Shown: positions 39,053-48,366, numbered from the stretch's first letter. The stretch is 64,000 nucleotides of DNA from a virus (IMGVR_UViG_2667527676_000002:29563-93562); one strand, 5' to 3'. The notes: a model not told the origin generated them from the letters alone. Numbers and translations are program-made.

Positions 39053-39918
39053 GCGACCCGTTTCAGGCGCTCCCGCTGGGCCCAGTAGGCCGCCACGCGG
39101 TCATGGTAGCGCTGATGAACACTGGGGCATTCCAGGATGTCCTCGCCCCACTCCTCCCGGTATGCCTCCCCGTACCGCTTCATCCTCGCCGCCCACCGCG
39201 CCAACTGCTGGTCCGACATCCCGCGCAGACGTTCCGCCAGGCGCTGCTGGTGATGCTCCCGGCGCTCGGCGTAGGCCTCGGCGCGCTGCACCGCCACCAC
39301 ATCGCGGTCGATCTGGTGCCAGCGCCAGCCCGCGCCCTTCCGCAGGCCGCACTGCTTCGCCACCACCTCGGCCACCGGCCTCAGCGCCTGGGCATCCAGT
39401 TTGTCGACGTGGCGCGCCAGCCGCTCCCAGGTGCTGGCGTAGTCGCGAGCCCAGTGGCTGGGGTCGATGCGGCAGCCCAAGCGCTCCTCGATGAACAGGC
39501 AGACCTCGCCCGGGCGCAGTGTGTCGCGGCCATTGACGGCGCGCTTGTGCGAGTTGATCGCCGCCAGCGCCATCCAGTAAGCCCGCTCGCCCTGGCGCTG
39601 GGTCAGTTGGCCGAGGCCGGAGCCGATCCACACAAGGCCGTGGGCGATCGCCACATCGTCACCATTGGCCAGCGGCGAGTACAGCGTGTGGCCGAAGTGC
39701 TGCAGCGGCTTCGGCAGCGAGCGGATGGCAGCCTGCACCAGGCCGGCGGCAAGCATGTGGGCGCTACGCCCATTGGTGTCCTGGCGATCGGGGTGCGTCT
39801 CGTTGGCCACCCGCCCCTTCTTGCCCAGCGCGGCCTTGTCGGCCGCCACCGCCAGCACTGAGCTCCGACTCTCGTAGAAGGCGTCATGCCAAGCCTGGCG
39901 CGCGCTGATCAGTCTCAT
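39049..39918 (-). CDS. Putative late regulator/antiterminator (Q position)
   Basis: Between RusA and the late promoter; function inferred from position. Confidence 0.6.
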   Translation of the reverse strand: MRLISARQAWHDAFYESRSSVLAVAADKAALGKKGRVANETHPDRQDTNGRSAHMLAAGLVQAAIRSLPKPLQHFGHTLYSPLANGDDVAIAHGLVWIGSGLGQLTQRQGERAYWMALAAINSHKRAVNGRDTLRPGEVCLFIEERLGCRIDPSHWARDYASTWERLARHVDKLDAQALRPVAEVVAKQCGLRKGAGWRWHQIDRDVVAVQRAEAYAERREHHQQRLAERLRGMSDQQLARWAARMKRYGEAYREEWGEDILECPSVHQRYHDRVAAYWAQRERLKRVA

Positions 39919-39946
39919 TTCGACTCTCCCCTGTAGTTTCCTGTAG

Positions 39947-40390
39947 TCACTGCTCGCCCTCGAGGAGAGGGACGATCTTCACTCGAACGCCTGGCGTTTC
40001 GCTCCAGAGCTTCTGGAATATGCCGCGGGTGGCCTGAACATCGTCACGCCATACAACGCCGTTGCAGGCATCGCAGATGGCCTTGAGACAGTTGTCCGCA
40101 TCCGGTTTGCGCATGGCGGCGATCTCACCGGCCAGAGCCTGGGCACGCTTGCGTTTCGACCATGAGGCTGGCACTTGGTGGTACATCCATATCTCGATGA
40201 GGCAGGGCCGGGTTATCAGCGGACGCCCCGCCATTGCCTGCTGTGCGGCCATGGCCACCAGGCCTTCGTACGCCACGGTCTTCGCGGGAGTGAACATCCT
40301 GGCGTGGGCGCCGACGCGGCCGATACGCGGCCTCCCCTTCCCTACCGGCTCGCCGGGTACGGTGAACATCACCGGGCGGAGGTCAGCCAT
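39947..40390 (-). CDS. rusA: RusA Holliday junction resolvase
   Basis: KPDADNCLKAICDACNGVVWRDDVQ. Confidence 0.9.
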   Translation of the reverse strand: MADLRPVMFTVPGEPVGKGRPRIGRVGAHARMFTPAKTVAYEGLVAMAAQQAMAGRPLITRPCLIEIWMYHQVPASWSKRKRAQALAGEIAAMRKPDADNCLKAICDACNGVVWRDDVQATRGIFQKLWSETPGVRVKIVPLLEGEQ

Positions 40391-41798
40391 TGGCGCGCCC
40401 TCCCTTCATCCCGCGGTAGCGCTCCGCCATGCTGGTGACCTTCGGCGCCTGCTGAGGCTCGTCGAAATCGAACTCGTCCAGCGCGCCCGGAGCGAGCTGC
40501 TCGAATCGCGAGTACTTACCCAGGAACGCGCACCGAACAGTGCTTGGCTCGCCGTTGCGGTGCTTCGCGATGATCAATTCAGCCACGCCGCGGTACTGGG
40601 TATCCGGGTGGTAGACCTCGTCGCGGTACACGAACATGATCACGTCGGCATCCTGCTCGATCGCCCCGGACTCCCGCAGGTCGGACATCATCGGGCGCTT
40701 GTTCGGCCGCTGCTCCAGGGAGCGGTTGAGCTGCGACAGCACGATCACGGGGATACCAAGCTCCATCGCCAGCAGCTTGCACTGGCGGGACATGTCGCTG
40801 ACGTCCTCGGTGCGAGTGGACTTGCCGGAGCTCTCCAGCAGCTGCAGGTAGTCCACCACCAGCAGGCTCAACCCATGGCGCTGCTTGTGACGCCGGGCCA
40901 GGGCCCGCAGTCGAGCGGCGTTCAGCCCGGGGCGATCGGCCATGTACAACTTCGAGCGCTTGACCTTCAGCGAGGCAGATCCCAGTTCGGCACCGTGGCT
41001 GGACGGTGCGGAGCCGTCCTTGATCGCGGTCAGCGGGATGCGACCGAGGGATGCCAGGATGCGATCCATCAGGCCACCGTTGGTCATCTCCAGCGAAACC
41101 ACCAGGGCCGGGTCACCGAGGTCGCAGGCGACGTGCTCGGCGATGTTGATTGCCAGGGCGGTCTTGCCCATCGCAGGACGACCAGCAATCACGACCATGT
41201 CGCCAGGCTTCAGACCCATCAGCTTCTGGTCCAGGTCGCCGATGCCGGTTGACAGCCCATCCAGCTTCCCGCCGAGGTCGGAGCGGCGCTGCAACTCCTC
41301 GATGTGGTCGGTCAGCACGTCAGCGGCATGGCGAACCTCGTGCGTCGAGGTCTTCGAGTCCAACGCCATGACCATGGCCTGGGCGGCGCCGACCTTGTCG
41401 GCCTGGGCGGCCTCGCTGAGTGCCAGCTCGTGGAGTCTGTCCCCAGCAGCCGCCAGGGCTCGGTCAACCGCTCGCTCCCGAACGATCCGCGAGTAGGTTC
41501 CAGCGTTCGCCACGCTGGGAGTGTTCTGGATGATCTGGCCGATGTAGGCCAGCCCGGTGATCACCCCGTCAGTGGTTTGGACCTGGTATCGGTCGCCCAG
41601 GAATTCACCGACGGTCACGATGTCTGCGGGCTGGCTGTCGCTGTGCAGAGCCAGGATGGCGCGGTACAGGTCGCCGTTCTCTGGCCAGTAGAAATCCTCC
41701 GGGGTCAGCTCTGCCGACAGCACGTCGATCAACTCGTTGCGCAGGAGCATGGCACCCAGAACGCCATGCTCGGCTTCCAGGCTGAACGGGTCACGCAT
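40383..41798 (-). CDS. dnaB: DnaB-like replicative helicase
   Basis: GRPAMGKT, VVDYLQL, SDLRESGAIEQDAD. Confidence 0.95.
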   Translation of the reverse strand: MRDPFSLEAEHGVLGAMLLRNELIDVLSAELTPEDFYWPENGDLYRAILALHSDSQPADIVTVGEFLGDRYQVQTTDGVITGLAYIGQIIQNTPSVANAGTYSRIVRERAVDRALAAAGDRLHELALSEAAQADKVGAAQAMVMALDSKTSTHEVRHAADVLTDHIEELQRRSDLGGKLDGLSTGIGDLDQKLMGLKPGDMVVIAGRPAMGKTALAINIAEHVACDLGDPALVVSLEMTNGGLMDRILASLGRIPLTAIKDGSAPSSHGAELGSASLKVKRSKLYMADRPGLNAARLRALARRHKQRHGLSLLVVDYLQLLESSGKSTRTEDVSDMSRQCKLLAMELGIPVIVLSQLNRSLEQRPNKRPMMSDLRESGAIEQDADVIMFVYRDEVYHPDTQYRGVAELIIAKHRNGEPSTVRCAFLGKYSRFEQLAPGALDEFDFDEPQQAPKVTSMAERYRGMKGGRANG

Positions 41799-42657
41799 GG
41801 TAATTTCCCTCGACGATCTTCACGAAGTTCGACGGCGCGATGATCCAGTCGAACGTGGCGCGGAATGGCTTCGCACCGTTGCGACCGGGGACATTGCCCA
41901 TCAGGAACGGGGAGGCCTTGACGGTTTCGAAGAGCTCTCGCCAGAAGTCCAGCGAGCGGTGGGCTTCGTGCTCCCTCCATCGGGCTTGCAGGTGGCGCCG
42001 TCGGGTGTCGTTCAGCAGGGCAACTGCTGGGAGCTCTGGCAGCACCTGGTGGTACAGATCTGCAATGGCCTGTGCCGGGCACGGTTTGATTCCGTGCTGG
42101 TGTCCGTTGAGGTGTTCGGGTTGATCAGGTTCGAACAGGTCTTGGTCGTTCGACTGACCCGGTTGAGGCGAAGCGTCAACGAGTCCTACGTCAGTAGGAC
42201 TATCTCTTTCTGTATCTGTATCTGTATCTGTATCTGTATCTGTATCTCTATTCGTTGAGTTTTGTTGCAACGAACTTTCAACGGTCGTTGAACGGGCGTT
42301 GGATTCCCGTTTATGTTCCGCTTCTTTTCGGGCTTTTTTTGCCGCAGCCGAGGCCTTTCCGGCGGCAGAACGTTGGTTGCGGGTAGAGTCGACTGCCAGC
42401 AGGTCGCGCTCGATGCGTTCATGTACCCACTCGTTGCCGTTATCGTTGAAAAACTCGCTCAACGAAGCTTCAACGGCAGGCCAACGGTCGTTGGGAACCC
42501 GCGCAATTCGGGACAGACGAACCTTCGGTATTGGTTTGCCGGTCTGCCAATAGTTGAAAATCAGGAGAAGATAGGCCCCGTGTTCCTCGGTACTGAGGTG
42601 CATCGTGTCGGCCAGATAGTCAGCAACGTAGAGCTGAATGTAGGGAAGAGCCGCCAT
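41791..42657 (-). CDS. Replication initiator (YdaU/DUF1376-type N-terminus)
   Basis: LYVADYLADTMHLSTEEHGAYLLL; ATFDWII..NF.KIVEG.Y end. Confidence 0.85.
   Translation of the reverse strand: MAALPYIQLYVADYLADTMHLSTEEHGAYLLLIFNYWQTGKPIPKVRLSRIARVPNDRWPAVEASLSEFFNDNGNEWVHERIERDLLAVDSTRNQRSAAGKASAAAKKARKEAEHKRESNARSTTVESSLQQNSTNRDTDTDTDTDTDTERDSPTDVGLVDASPQPGQSNDQDLFEPDQPEHLNGHQHGIKPCPAQAIADLYHQVLPELPAVALLNDTRRRHLQARWREHEAHRSLDFWRELFETVKASPFLMGNVPGRNGAKPFRATFDWIIAPSNFVKIVEGNYHA
42209..42250. repeat. (TCTGTA)6 microsatellite in the initiator linker, next to CAACG/CGTTG iteron-like motifs (probable ori)
   Basis: Six perfect copies plus one degenerate copy, encoding (DT)6. Confidence 0.85.
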
Positions 42658-43178
42658 TACACCGCCCTCCATGCGGAAGGAGTTTTAGCTCCCTTTGATC
42701 GGTTGCAGCGAATGCATGCCGTGATGAGGTTTTCATCGTCGTTACCGCCGCCCAGCGCAACCGGTACGACGTGGTCGCACTCCAGACGAACACCTCTGGC
42801 ACCGCAGTACTGGCAGGTAAATCCGTCTCTCTCGAAAATACGTCGCCTGATCTTTCGCCAAACCTCAGCAGATGGCCTGGCTGACTGGATCGAGCCGAAC
42901 ATGGGAGCAATCGGCCAGGCATTCGCGAGAGCTACAAGGAGGCTCGGAAACCCAGAAAACACCACACCCGAAGCACAAAGATCCTCGAACGCGGACATGA
43001 AAGCGTCGCCACAAAGGCCGCTTTCTTTCTCGACCACTCGCCAATCTGGATAGCAATATCGGCGCGCCTCGGCGTGGCGGTGGGCAATGTCCGCCACACG
43101 GTGAGCGTCCTCGCTCAGCATCTGGACCTTCGGGTCGGTGGCGAACTCCGCGTACATGCGGAACCACGCATTAGCCAT
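42657..43178 (-). CDS. HNH endonuclease with a replication-initiator-like N-terminal stub
   Basis: CQYCG, DHVVP..GG, NLITACIRCNRSK; N-terminus MANAWFRMYAEFATDPKVQMLSE. Confidence 0.8.
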   Translation of the reverse strand: MANAWFRMYAEFATDPKVQMLSEDAHRVADIAHRHAEARRYCYPDWRVVEKESGLCGDAFMSAFEDLCASGVVFSGFPSLLVALANAWPIAPMFGSIQSARPSAEVWRKIRRRIFERDGFTCQYCGARGVRLECDHVVPVALGGGNDDENLITACIRCNRSKGAKTPSAWRAV

Positions 43179-43353
43179 GGCCAACCTCCGAAAGATTTAC
43201 GGGGTTGTCGGAGATCGCAGCGCGGACCTTGCTCTCGGCCTCTTCCATGCTGAGGCCAAAGATGGTCATGGCCAGTTCTATGAGCATGTCGGTCGGAATG
43301 GGTGAGTCCCGCACGTCACACTCGAGCGGAACAAGTGGCTCAGGGATTTGCAT
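43171..43353 (-). CDS. Hypothetical protein
   Basis: GGAGG RBS, coupled. Confidence 0.5.
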   Translation of the reverse strand: MQIPEPLVPLECDVRDSPIPTDMLIELAMTIFGLSMEEAESKVRAAISDNPVNLSEVGHG

Positions 43354-43621
43354 GGAAGGCCTCCTTCGGCCTGCGTAACGATGCCCGGAGATGCGCAAGG
43401 CACTCCCGGCGAGCTTTCTCTTTCGCGATATCGCTGTAGCTCTGCTTGATCTGCTGGGCGGCCTGCAGAGCCATCTGCTGGTGGAACTCGACGCTTCCCG
43501 CCGGAACTGGTACGGCTCTACCGAGCCCGCTCAGCACGCAATCGAGTACCTCGGTGACCGGGCGAGCGTCCGGGCCACGGAACTCTTCGCCGTCCGGCTG
43601 GCCAATCTGGAAGGACGGCAT
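43340..43621 (-). CDS. Hypothetical protein
   Basis: Abuts cII. Confidence 0.6.
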   Translation of the reverse strand: MPSFQIGQPDGEEFRGPDARPVTEVLDCVLSGLGRAVPVPAGSVEFHQQMALQAAQQIKQSYSDIAKEKARRECLAHLRASLRRPKEAFHANP

Positions 43622-43936
43622 TCAGTCCCAACCCAGCGGTCCCGGCCGCTTCTTCTCGGCCTTGAGGCCCAGTTCGGCCAACGTCTCCAGCGAACGGAGA
43701 TAGTCCGCGCTGACGACCACCGCATGCTGGGGAACGATCTGAAGCTCAAGCACCGAGGCGGCCTTGCAGAAGCGCTCGATGAGGCCGTCCTTCTTCCACC
43801 CGGTGATAGCCGACTCGCTCAAGCCGACTGAATCGGCGACGACCTTCTGGCCCACCGACAGAAGCTGGCTCAAGAACAGCGCCTCGAAATCGCGTGATCT
43901 TGACTCTTGCTCGGGGGTTAACTTGCTCGTCGACAT
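43622..43936 (-). CDS. cII: CII-like activator
   Basis: VGQKVVADSVGLSESAITGWK HTH, downstream of cro. Confidence 0.8.
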   Translation of the reverse strand: MSTSKLTPEQESRSRDFEALFLSQLLSVGQKVVADSVGLSESAITGWKKDGLIERFCKAASVLELQIVPQHAVVVSADYLRSLETLAELGLKAEKKRPGPLGWD

Positions 43937-43938
43937 GG

Positions 43939-44181
43939 TCAGGACGCCATTTGGACGGATACAGCAAGCGAGTCATGCTCTGGCTCAGGGAAAGCTTCAG
44001 CCAGCGTGCACTCAGCACCAAGGTCGTTCAGTGCCGCCACGATACGTCGGCATTCACTGAGCCCAGGCTTACGGCGCCCTGTTTCGTAGTGGCCGATCGC
44101 GGCCTGGGTCAGCCCAACTCGCTCGGCAAGCTGGGTCTGGGTCACACCCGCCTGCTTGCGGATGGCTTTCAAGGCACTCAT
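43939..44181 (-). CDS. cro: Cro-like XRE regulator
   Basis: TQTQLAERVGLTQAAIGHYETGRRKP. Confidence 0.85.
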   Translation of the reverse strand: MSALKAIRKQAGVTQTQLAERVGLTQAAIGHYETGRRKPGLSECRRIVAALNDLGAECTLAEAFPEPEHDSLAVSVQMAS

Positions 44182-44214
44182 GGCTTCCTCCAAGGTGAAG
44201 TGTTCTTTTTTGAA

Positions 44215-44289
44215 AATACATTTTGTACTTATTTCTTGCAAGGATTAGTACATGACGTGCGTTGCACTTGCTAATACGGTCTGTAGCAT
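44215..44289. promoter_or_regulatory. OR region: three operators and a PRM-like promoter (probably leaderless cI)
   Basis: AATACATTTTGTACT, AGTACATGACGTGCG, AATACGGTCTGTAGC; TTGCAC..TAGCAT 7 nt before the ATG. Confidence 0.6.
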
Positions 44290-44296
44290 TCCGCCC

Positions 44297-44929
44297 ATGA
44301 ATAACTGGATACAGATAGTCCGCAATGCCATGGCGCGGCAGGACATCACACAAGCGCAGCTCGCAGAGCAGATGGGGAAAACTCAGGGGGCCGTAGCGCA
44401 CTGGCTAAACGGACGAAGAGAGCCCAGCATTGCCGACATCAATCAAATGTTGACCCTGCTCAATCTGCCCCCTCTCACAATCCAGTTGCCTGATGATCGA
44501 GTGCAGAACGTGGCACCAGCAGATCAGCCGACCCGCATGTATCGATACCCGATAGTCAGTTGGGTCGCCGCAGGCGCTTGGCGCGAAGCGATAGAGCCGG
44601 CCGGCTTCGATACATTCGAACTCAGTGACTACAAGGGTAAGGGAAGGTCATTCTGGCTGGAGGTGAAGGGGGATTCGATGACGGCCCCGGCCGGCGAGAG
44701 CATTCCGGAAGGCATGCTGATTCTCGTCGACACCGGGCTCGAGCCGAGGCCCGGCGATCTGGTGGTTGCGAAGCTGGCCGACAGCAACGAGGCAACCTTC
44801 AAACAGTTCGTGTCCGACGCAGGCCAGAAGTACCTGAAACCCCTGAACCCCGCATATCGCATGCTATCCATCGACGACAACTGCGAGATGGTCGGCGTTG
44901 TCACCCGAGCTATCCGCAAGTTCAGGTGA
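44297..44929 (+). CDS. cI: CI repressor (HTH + S24)
   Basis: VAAG, VKGDSM, ATFKQ, LKPLNP. Confidence 0.93.
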   Translation: MNNWIQIVRNAMARQDITQAQLAEQMGKTQGAVAHWLNGRREPSIADINQMLTLLNLPPLTIQLPDDRVQNVAPADQPTRMYRYPIVSWVAAGAWREAIEPAGFDTFELSDYKGKGRSFWLEVKGDSMTAPAGESIPEGMLILVDTGLEPRPGDLVVAKLADSNEATFKQFVSDAGQKYLKPLNPAYRMLSIDDNCEMVGVVTRAIRKFR

Positions 44930-45043
44930 TCTACGGGTGGAACGGGCAGAAATTCTGAGCAACACTCCCGGAGCGGCCCAGCGTCTTGACAATTTTTAGT
45001 CAAGACCGCATGTGATAAGCTGAGGGCAATAGGAGAAAGACCC

Positions 45044-45601
45044 ATGCTCATCACTCACGAACGAGAAAAGCTGATTCAAGCGATCATTTTTTTCGTCCAA
45101 AACACCAGAAACTGCGGGAAGGTGAAGCTCTTTAAGCTTCTCTACTTCCTTGATTTCGAGCACTTCAAAGATACTGGTCGAAGCGTGACCGGACTGGATT
45201 ACAGCGCTTGGCCCATGGGGCCGGTGCCAGTCGATCTGGTGGCAGAAATAGACTTGCCGCAACCCGATATGGCGGCATCGATGACCTTTACCCAAAAGCC
45301 GATCAGGAATGGTCGCCAGGTCATGCTTGATGTCACTCCAAATATAGAGTTCTCGGATCAGAACTTTACTCGTCGTGAGATGCTGTTAATGCACCGTCTT
45401 GCCGAGGAGTACGCCGATGCGCTTGCTGATGACATGGTCGAGGCTACACACCTTGAGAACATGCCATGGGACAAGGTTTACAACCAACAGGGCGCCAAGC
45501 AACAACGTATCCCATACGAACTCGCACTACGCAGCCAGGAAGCGGAAACTCTGCTTCAGGTAGCACGCGAACGAAAAGAGCTATTGGAACAGCTTAGATG
45601 A
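45044..45601 (+). CDS. Panacea (DUF4065/SocA/GepA) antitoxin
   Basis: KLFKLLYFLD..., AWPMGPVP, TH..PW; AGGAG RBS. Confidence 0.85.
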   Translation: MLITHEREKLIQAIIFFVQNTRNCGKVKLFKLLYFLDFEHFKDTGRSVTGLDYSAWPMGPVPVDLVAEIDLPQPDMAASMTFTQKPIRNGRQVMLDVTPNIEFSDQNFTRREMLLMHRLAEEYADALADDMVEATHLENMPWDKVYNQQGAKQQRIPYELALRSQEAETLLQVARERKELLEQLR

Positions 45602-46017
45602 CACCCGGATCGGTCTTTTTCGATGAAGAGTTCCATTTCCATGATGGCGAGACCGGTGAAAAGCTTTTCGTAGTCTTGGGAAGCGACCACTCTGTTACCG
45701 TCGTCGCTAAGACTACATCCCAACAGCATGGGCGCGGCACACTTTTCGGTTGTCAGCCGAAAGACCGGTTCCACAACTTCTTCTTGCCACCTGGGTGCTC
45801 TTACCTAAAACGCGAAAGCTGGGTATGCCTCAATGAGTTCTATGAGCTGAACGCCGTTGAGATGCTGAACAAACGGTTCTCTGGCCGTGTGAAGCCTGTC
45901 TGTACGCTCTCCGATCAAATCACACGCGCAATCCAGGATTGTGCTTTGGAAAGTCTAGACATCACCAAGGCCCAAGCTGCGGCCGTCCAGAGCAATCTGA
46001 TCCAACTTCCATCATGA
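45598..46017 (+). CDS. Putative toxin, PemK/MazF-like pattern
   Basis: GSVFF..F.DG..K.FVVL..VVAKTTS..SWV; ATGA-coupled to Panacea. Confidence 0.6.
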   Translation: MTPGSVFFDEEFHFHDGETGEKLFVVLGSDHSVTVVAKTTSQQHGRGTLFGCQPKDRFHNFFLPPGCSYLKRESWVCLNEFYELNAVEMLNKRFSGRVKPVCTLSDQITRAIQDCALESLDITKAQAAAVQSNLIQLPS

Positions 46018-46023
46018 CGCCCC

Positions 46024-46049
46024 AAAGCCCCGCATCTGCGGGGCTTTTT
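46024..46049. terminator. Bidirectional terminator
   Basis: AAAGCCCCGCATCTGCGGGGCTTTTT. Confidence 0.75.
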
Positions 46050-46113
46050 GTTTGTGTTCGAGCCAGACCATGCAACGCTGACGGGGCTGGTCGCCGCCCA
46101 CGTGGTCTCCATC

Positions 46114-46428
46114 CTACATCCTCCCCTTGACCTGATAGGTCGCCATATCCTCGCTCTGGCTTTCCACCTGGTCGTCACTTCCTTCCCGCTCCTCCCACTT
46201 CAGCGTTACCGTGCCGTCGTCGTTGAAAACCATGTCAATGCCGTCGGTCTCGGACAGCAGTTCCATCACCTGCTCCCACGCTTCATCCGGATCCGTGTCC
46301 AGGCGATGGATCGTCACCGTGCGCAGGTCCTGCGCTTTCGGTGAGTTGATCATCTCCGATATGCGGAGCCCCAATTTCTCAACCGGAGCCATCGGTTTCG
46401 CGTCCTGCTTCTTCTGTTGTTTGGCCAT
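46114..46428 (-). CDS. DUF1654-family protein
   Basis: LGLRISEMINSPKAQ..VTIHRLD..W..DDGTVTLKW. Confidence 0.75.
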   Translation of the reverse strand: MAKQQKKQDAKPMAPVEKLGLRISEMINSPKAQDLRTVTIHRLDTDPDEAWEQVMELLSETDGIDMVFNDDGTVTLKWEEREGSDDQVESQSEDMATYQVKGRM

Positions 46429-46445
46429 CGAAAGAGCCCTCCACG

Positions 46446-46461
46446 CTGTATATTCGTACAG
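46446..46461. promoter_or_regulatory. LexA (SOS) box
   Basis: CTGTATATTCGTACAG = CTG-N10-CAG. Confidence 0.75.
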
Positions 46462-46521
46462 TATTTTTATAGCAGAACTCTGTCAGCAACTGCCAGCATC
46501 GAAGCACAAGGAGTACTCGGA

Positions 46522-46761
46522 ATGCTGTTCTCTCCATGGTCCGAAACCACCTATATCGCTGTCGTCGACCGAGTCCGGGCGCTGATTGAAAGCCCCCAGG
46601 CACAAGTCCAACAGTCCGTGCGGATCAAACGCGCGAGCAATGAACCGGCATGGGCCTGGTTTCGACTGGAGCGAGACCTCCGCAGCATCGACGGCGTAAA
46701 TGTCGAGGCTCGGGATGACGGAAGCTTGTTCGTTTACTGGTACGTCGAGCTCCCTCGCTGA
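46522..46761 (+). CDS. Second DUF1654-like protein
   Basis: AGGAG RBS; RVRALIESPQAQ..VRIKR..W..DDGSLFVYW parallels 46114-46428. Confidence 0.65.
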   Translation: MLFSPWSETTYIAVVDRVRALIESPQAQVQQSVRIKRASNEPAWAWFRLERDLRSIDGVNVEARDDGSLFVYWYVELPR

Positions 46762-46811
46762 TCTTTGACCATCAAGCCCGCCCTCAAGCGGGCTTTTCTT
46801 TCGAAGAAATA

Positions 46812-46912
46812 AGTACATTTTGTATTGACCATGATAAATACGTTGTGTATTTTTCTATACACGCCAGCAACACACCGCCGGCCAGGCCACCGAGCCGACC
46901 GCTCTTTCACAA
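46812..46912 (+). promoter_or_regulatory. pL/OL plus boxA-like nut element
   Basis: TTGACC-17-TATTTT; operators at 46812-46826 and 46837-46851; CGCTCTTTCACAA 46900-46912. Confidence 0.65.
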
Positions 46913-47249
46913 CCCGCGCCATGAACAGCTAGCCGCAACGCGGCGAGGCAGCCCCGGCCATCACCCGTGGGGCGACAGAAAGTCGGGTGAGCAACATCAA
47001 CAGCAGAACGCATCGCCTCTGCGGCGACCGGCGATCAGACAGGCGAACGAGGAAAGCCTGCCAACGCGATGGCGACCCCGCGGCAAGGGGCGACCGGAGA
47101 CGGCTGATCGAGGGCGAAATGCCCGAACCGTGTGAACGACCCGCACGCGATGCGCAGCGCCGCCCAGCGCTAACCGGGCAACAGCGACACCGATTTCCTC
47201 GATGCCCTTCTCGCGAGGGGCATCAGGGAAACCAACCTGAGGAATGCCA

Positions 47250-47513
47250 ATGAAGCAGTTCGCGAAGCTGTTCGAGTTCGAAGACCTGGGCCAAGTGCTC
47301 GTGATGCTTGATCGCGGGGATGACGGCCCGGAGGTGCGCCTCTACTTCAAGCCCGACGGGCTTGGCGTCTGTTCAGTGGCGTGCAGCAACTTCCCCGGCG
47401 ACGAAGACGAGCAGTGGGACTACGCCGAAAAGGGGTTCGCCACGGTGGACTCCGAAGGGGCTCACAAGATCGTCGCCGAGGCAATGGAAGTCGTCCCGGA
47501 TCGCCTGGGCTAG
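47250..47513 (+). CDS. Acidic hypothetical protein
   Basis: GAGGA RBS. Confidence 0.7.
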   Translation: MKQFAKLFEFEDLGQVLVMLDRGDDGPEVRLYFKPDGLGVCSVACSNFPGDEDEQWDYAEKGFATVDSEGAHKIVAEAMEVVPDRLG

Positions 47514-47561
47514 CGGTCCAGGCGGCAGAAACGCCAACTACCACCCGAACGGAGTCACACC

Positions 47562-47933
47562 ATGCTGATCCTGACCAGAAGACCCGGCGAAACCCTGCAT
47601 ATCGGCGACAACATCACCGTCACGGTCCTCGGCGGCCAAGGCGACCAGGTGCGCCTCGGCATCACCGCGCCGGACGACGTCGCCATTCACCGCTCCGAGA
47701 TCTACCAGCAGATCGGCAACGTCCGTCCCGTGCCGCCGGCGGAACTGGTCGAGGCCTGGAACCGAGAGCACCCGGCGCCAGCGCTGATCGAGTACCGCCC
47801 GTACCGAGGGGCCGAACCGCAGCGCACCCGCACCGTCGGCCGGGCCAGCGTGTCGCTTGGCGGGGCGGCGGTTATCTGGATCGAAGGCCAGTCGGCGCCG
47901 GTGGCGTTGCGGGCCTGCACCGCGATCTCCTGA
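47562..47933 (+). CDS. csrA: CsrA/RsmA homolog with a C-terminal extension
   Basis: [32 protein letters not shown]. Confidence 0.9.
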   Translation: MLILTRRPGETLHIGDNITVTVLGGQGDQVRLGITAPDDVAIHRSEIYQQIGNVRPVPPAELVEAWNREHPAPALIEYRPYRGAEPQRTRTVGRASVSLGGAAVIWIEGQSAPVALRACTAIS

Positions 47934-48155
47934 CTTCGGCGCCTGGCCCATTGCCGGGCGTTTGACCCACGGCGAGCGCCCGCCGGTCCGACGGCGCGTA
48001 CAACGGAGGATCTCGACATGTAGCCCAGCCCCAACGGCAGATCGCCAACATGCGGTCGAGCCTGTACCCAACCGCTTTCACATAAGGCGGTGCATGTAAG
48101 TGGAGACAGGGCGCTTGGCGGCGCCCTTCTCTTTCCTGCTCCTGGCACGGCCAGG

Positions 48156-48346
48156 GCGCAGCGGGGAGTGATCTGCGGCGTGGAAAGCGCACACGCAGAG
48201 GTGGATGAACGAAAGCGGCTATCCGGTCGGGAACCCGTAACGCCAGCAATCACATCCCACGTTCCCACCGTGCAGGCAAAGGAGTCATGACCGGAGCCTG
48301 TTCGGCAAGCCGGAGTAGCGACCGGTCAGATCACTCCCCGCTGCGC
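48156..48346 (+). ncRNA. Candidate tRNA-like structured RNA (skipping-rope/DUF3268/proV-like)
   Basis: Perfect 20-bp closing stem, D-arm-like and T-arm-like hairpins, terminator at 48367-48390. Confidence 0.55.
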
Positions 48347-48366
48347 ATGCAGCGTTCCCCCTCTTT

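Noticed and set aside
42209-42250. Hexamer repeat as CRISPR or an on/off phase switch
   Set aside because: No spacers, and the unit is in frame, so it only changes linker length
46845-47253. ORFs in the pL leader as an N antiterminator
   Set aside because: Arg-richness is explained by GC content and RBS support is weak; unresolved
48156-48346. Canonical tRNA
   Set aside because: No GTTCGA T-loop, anticodon arm or CCA; kept as an ncRNA candidate
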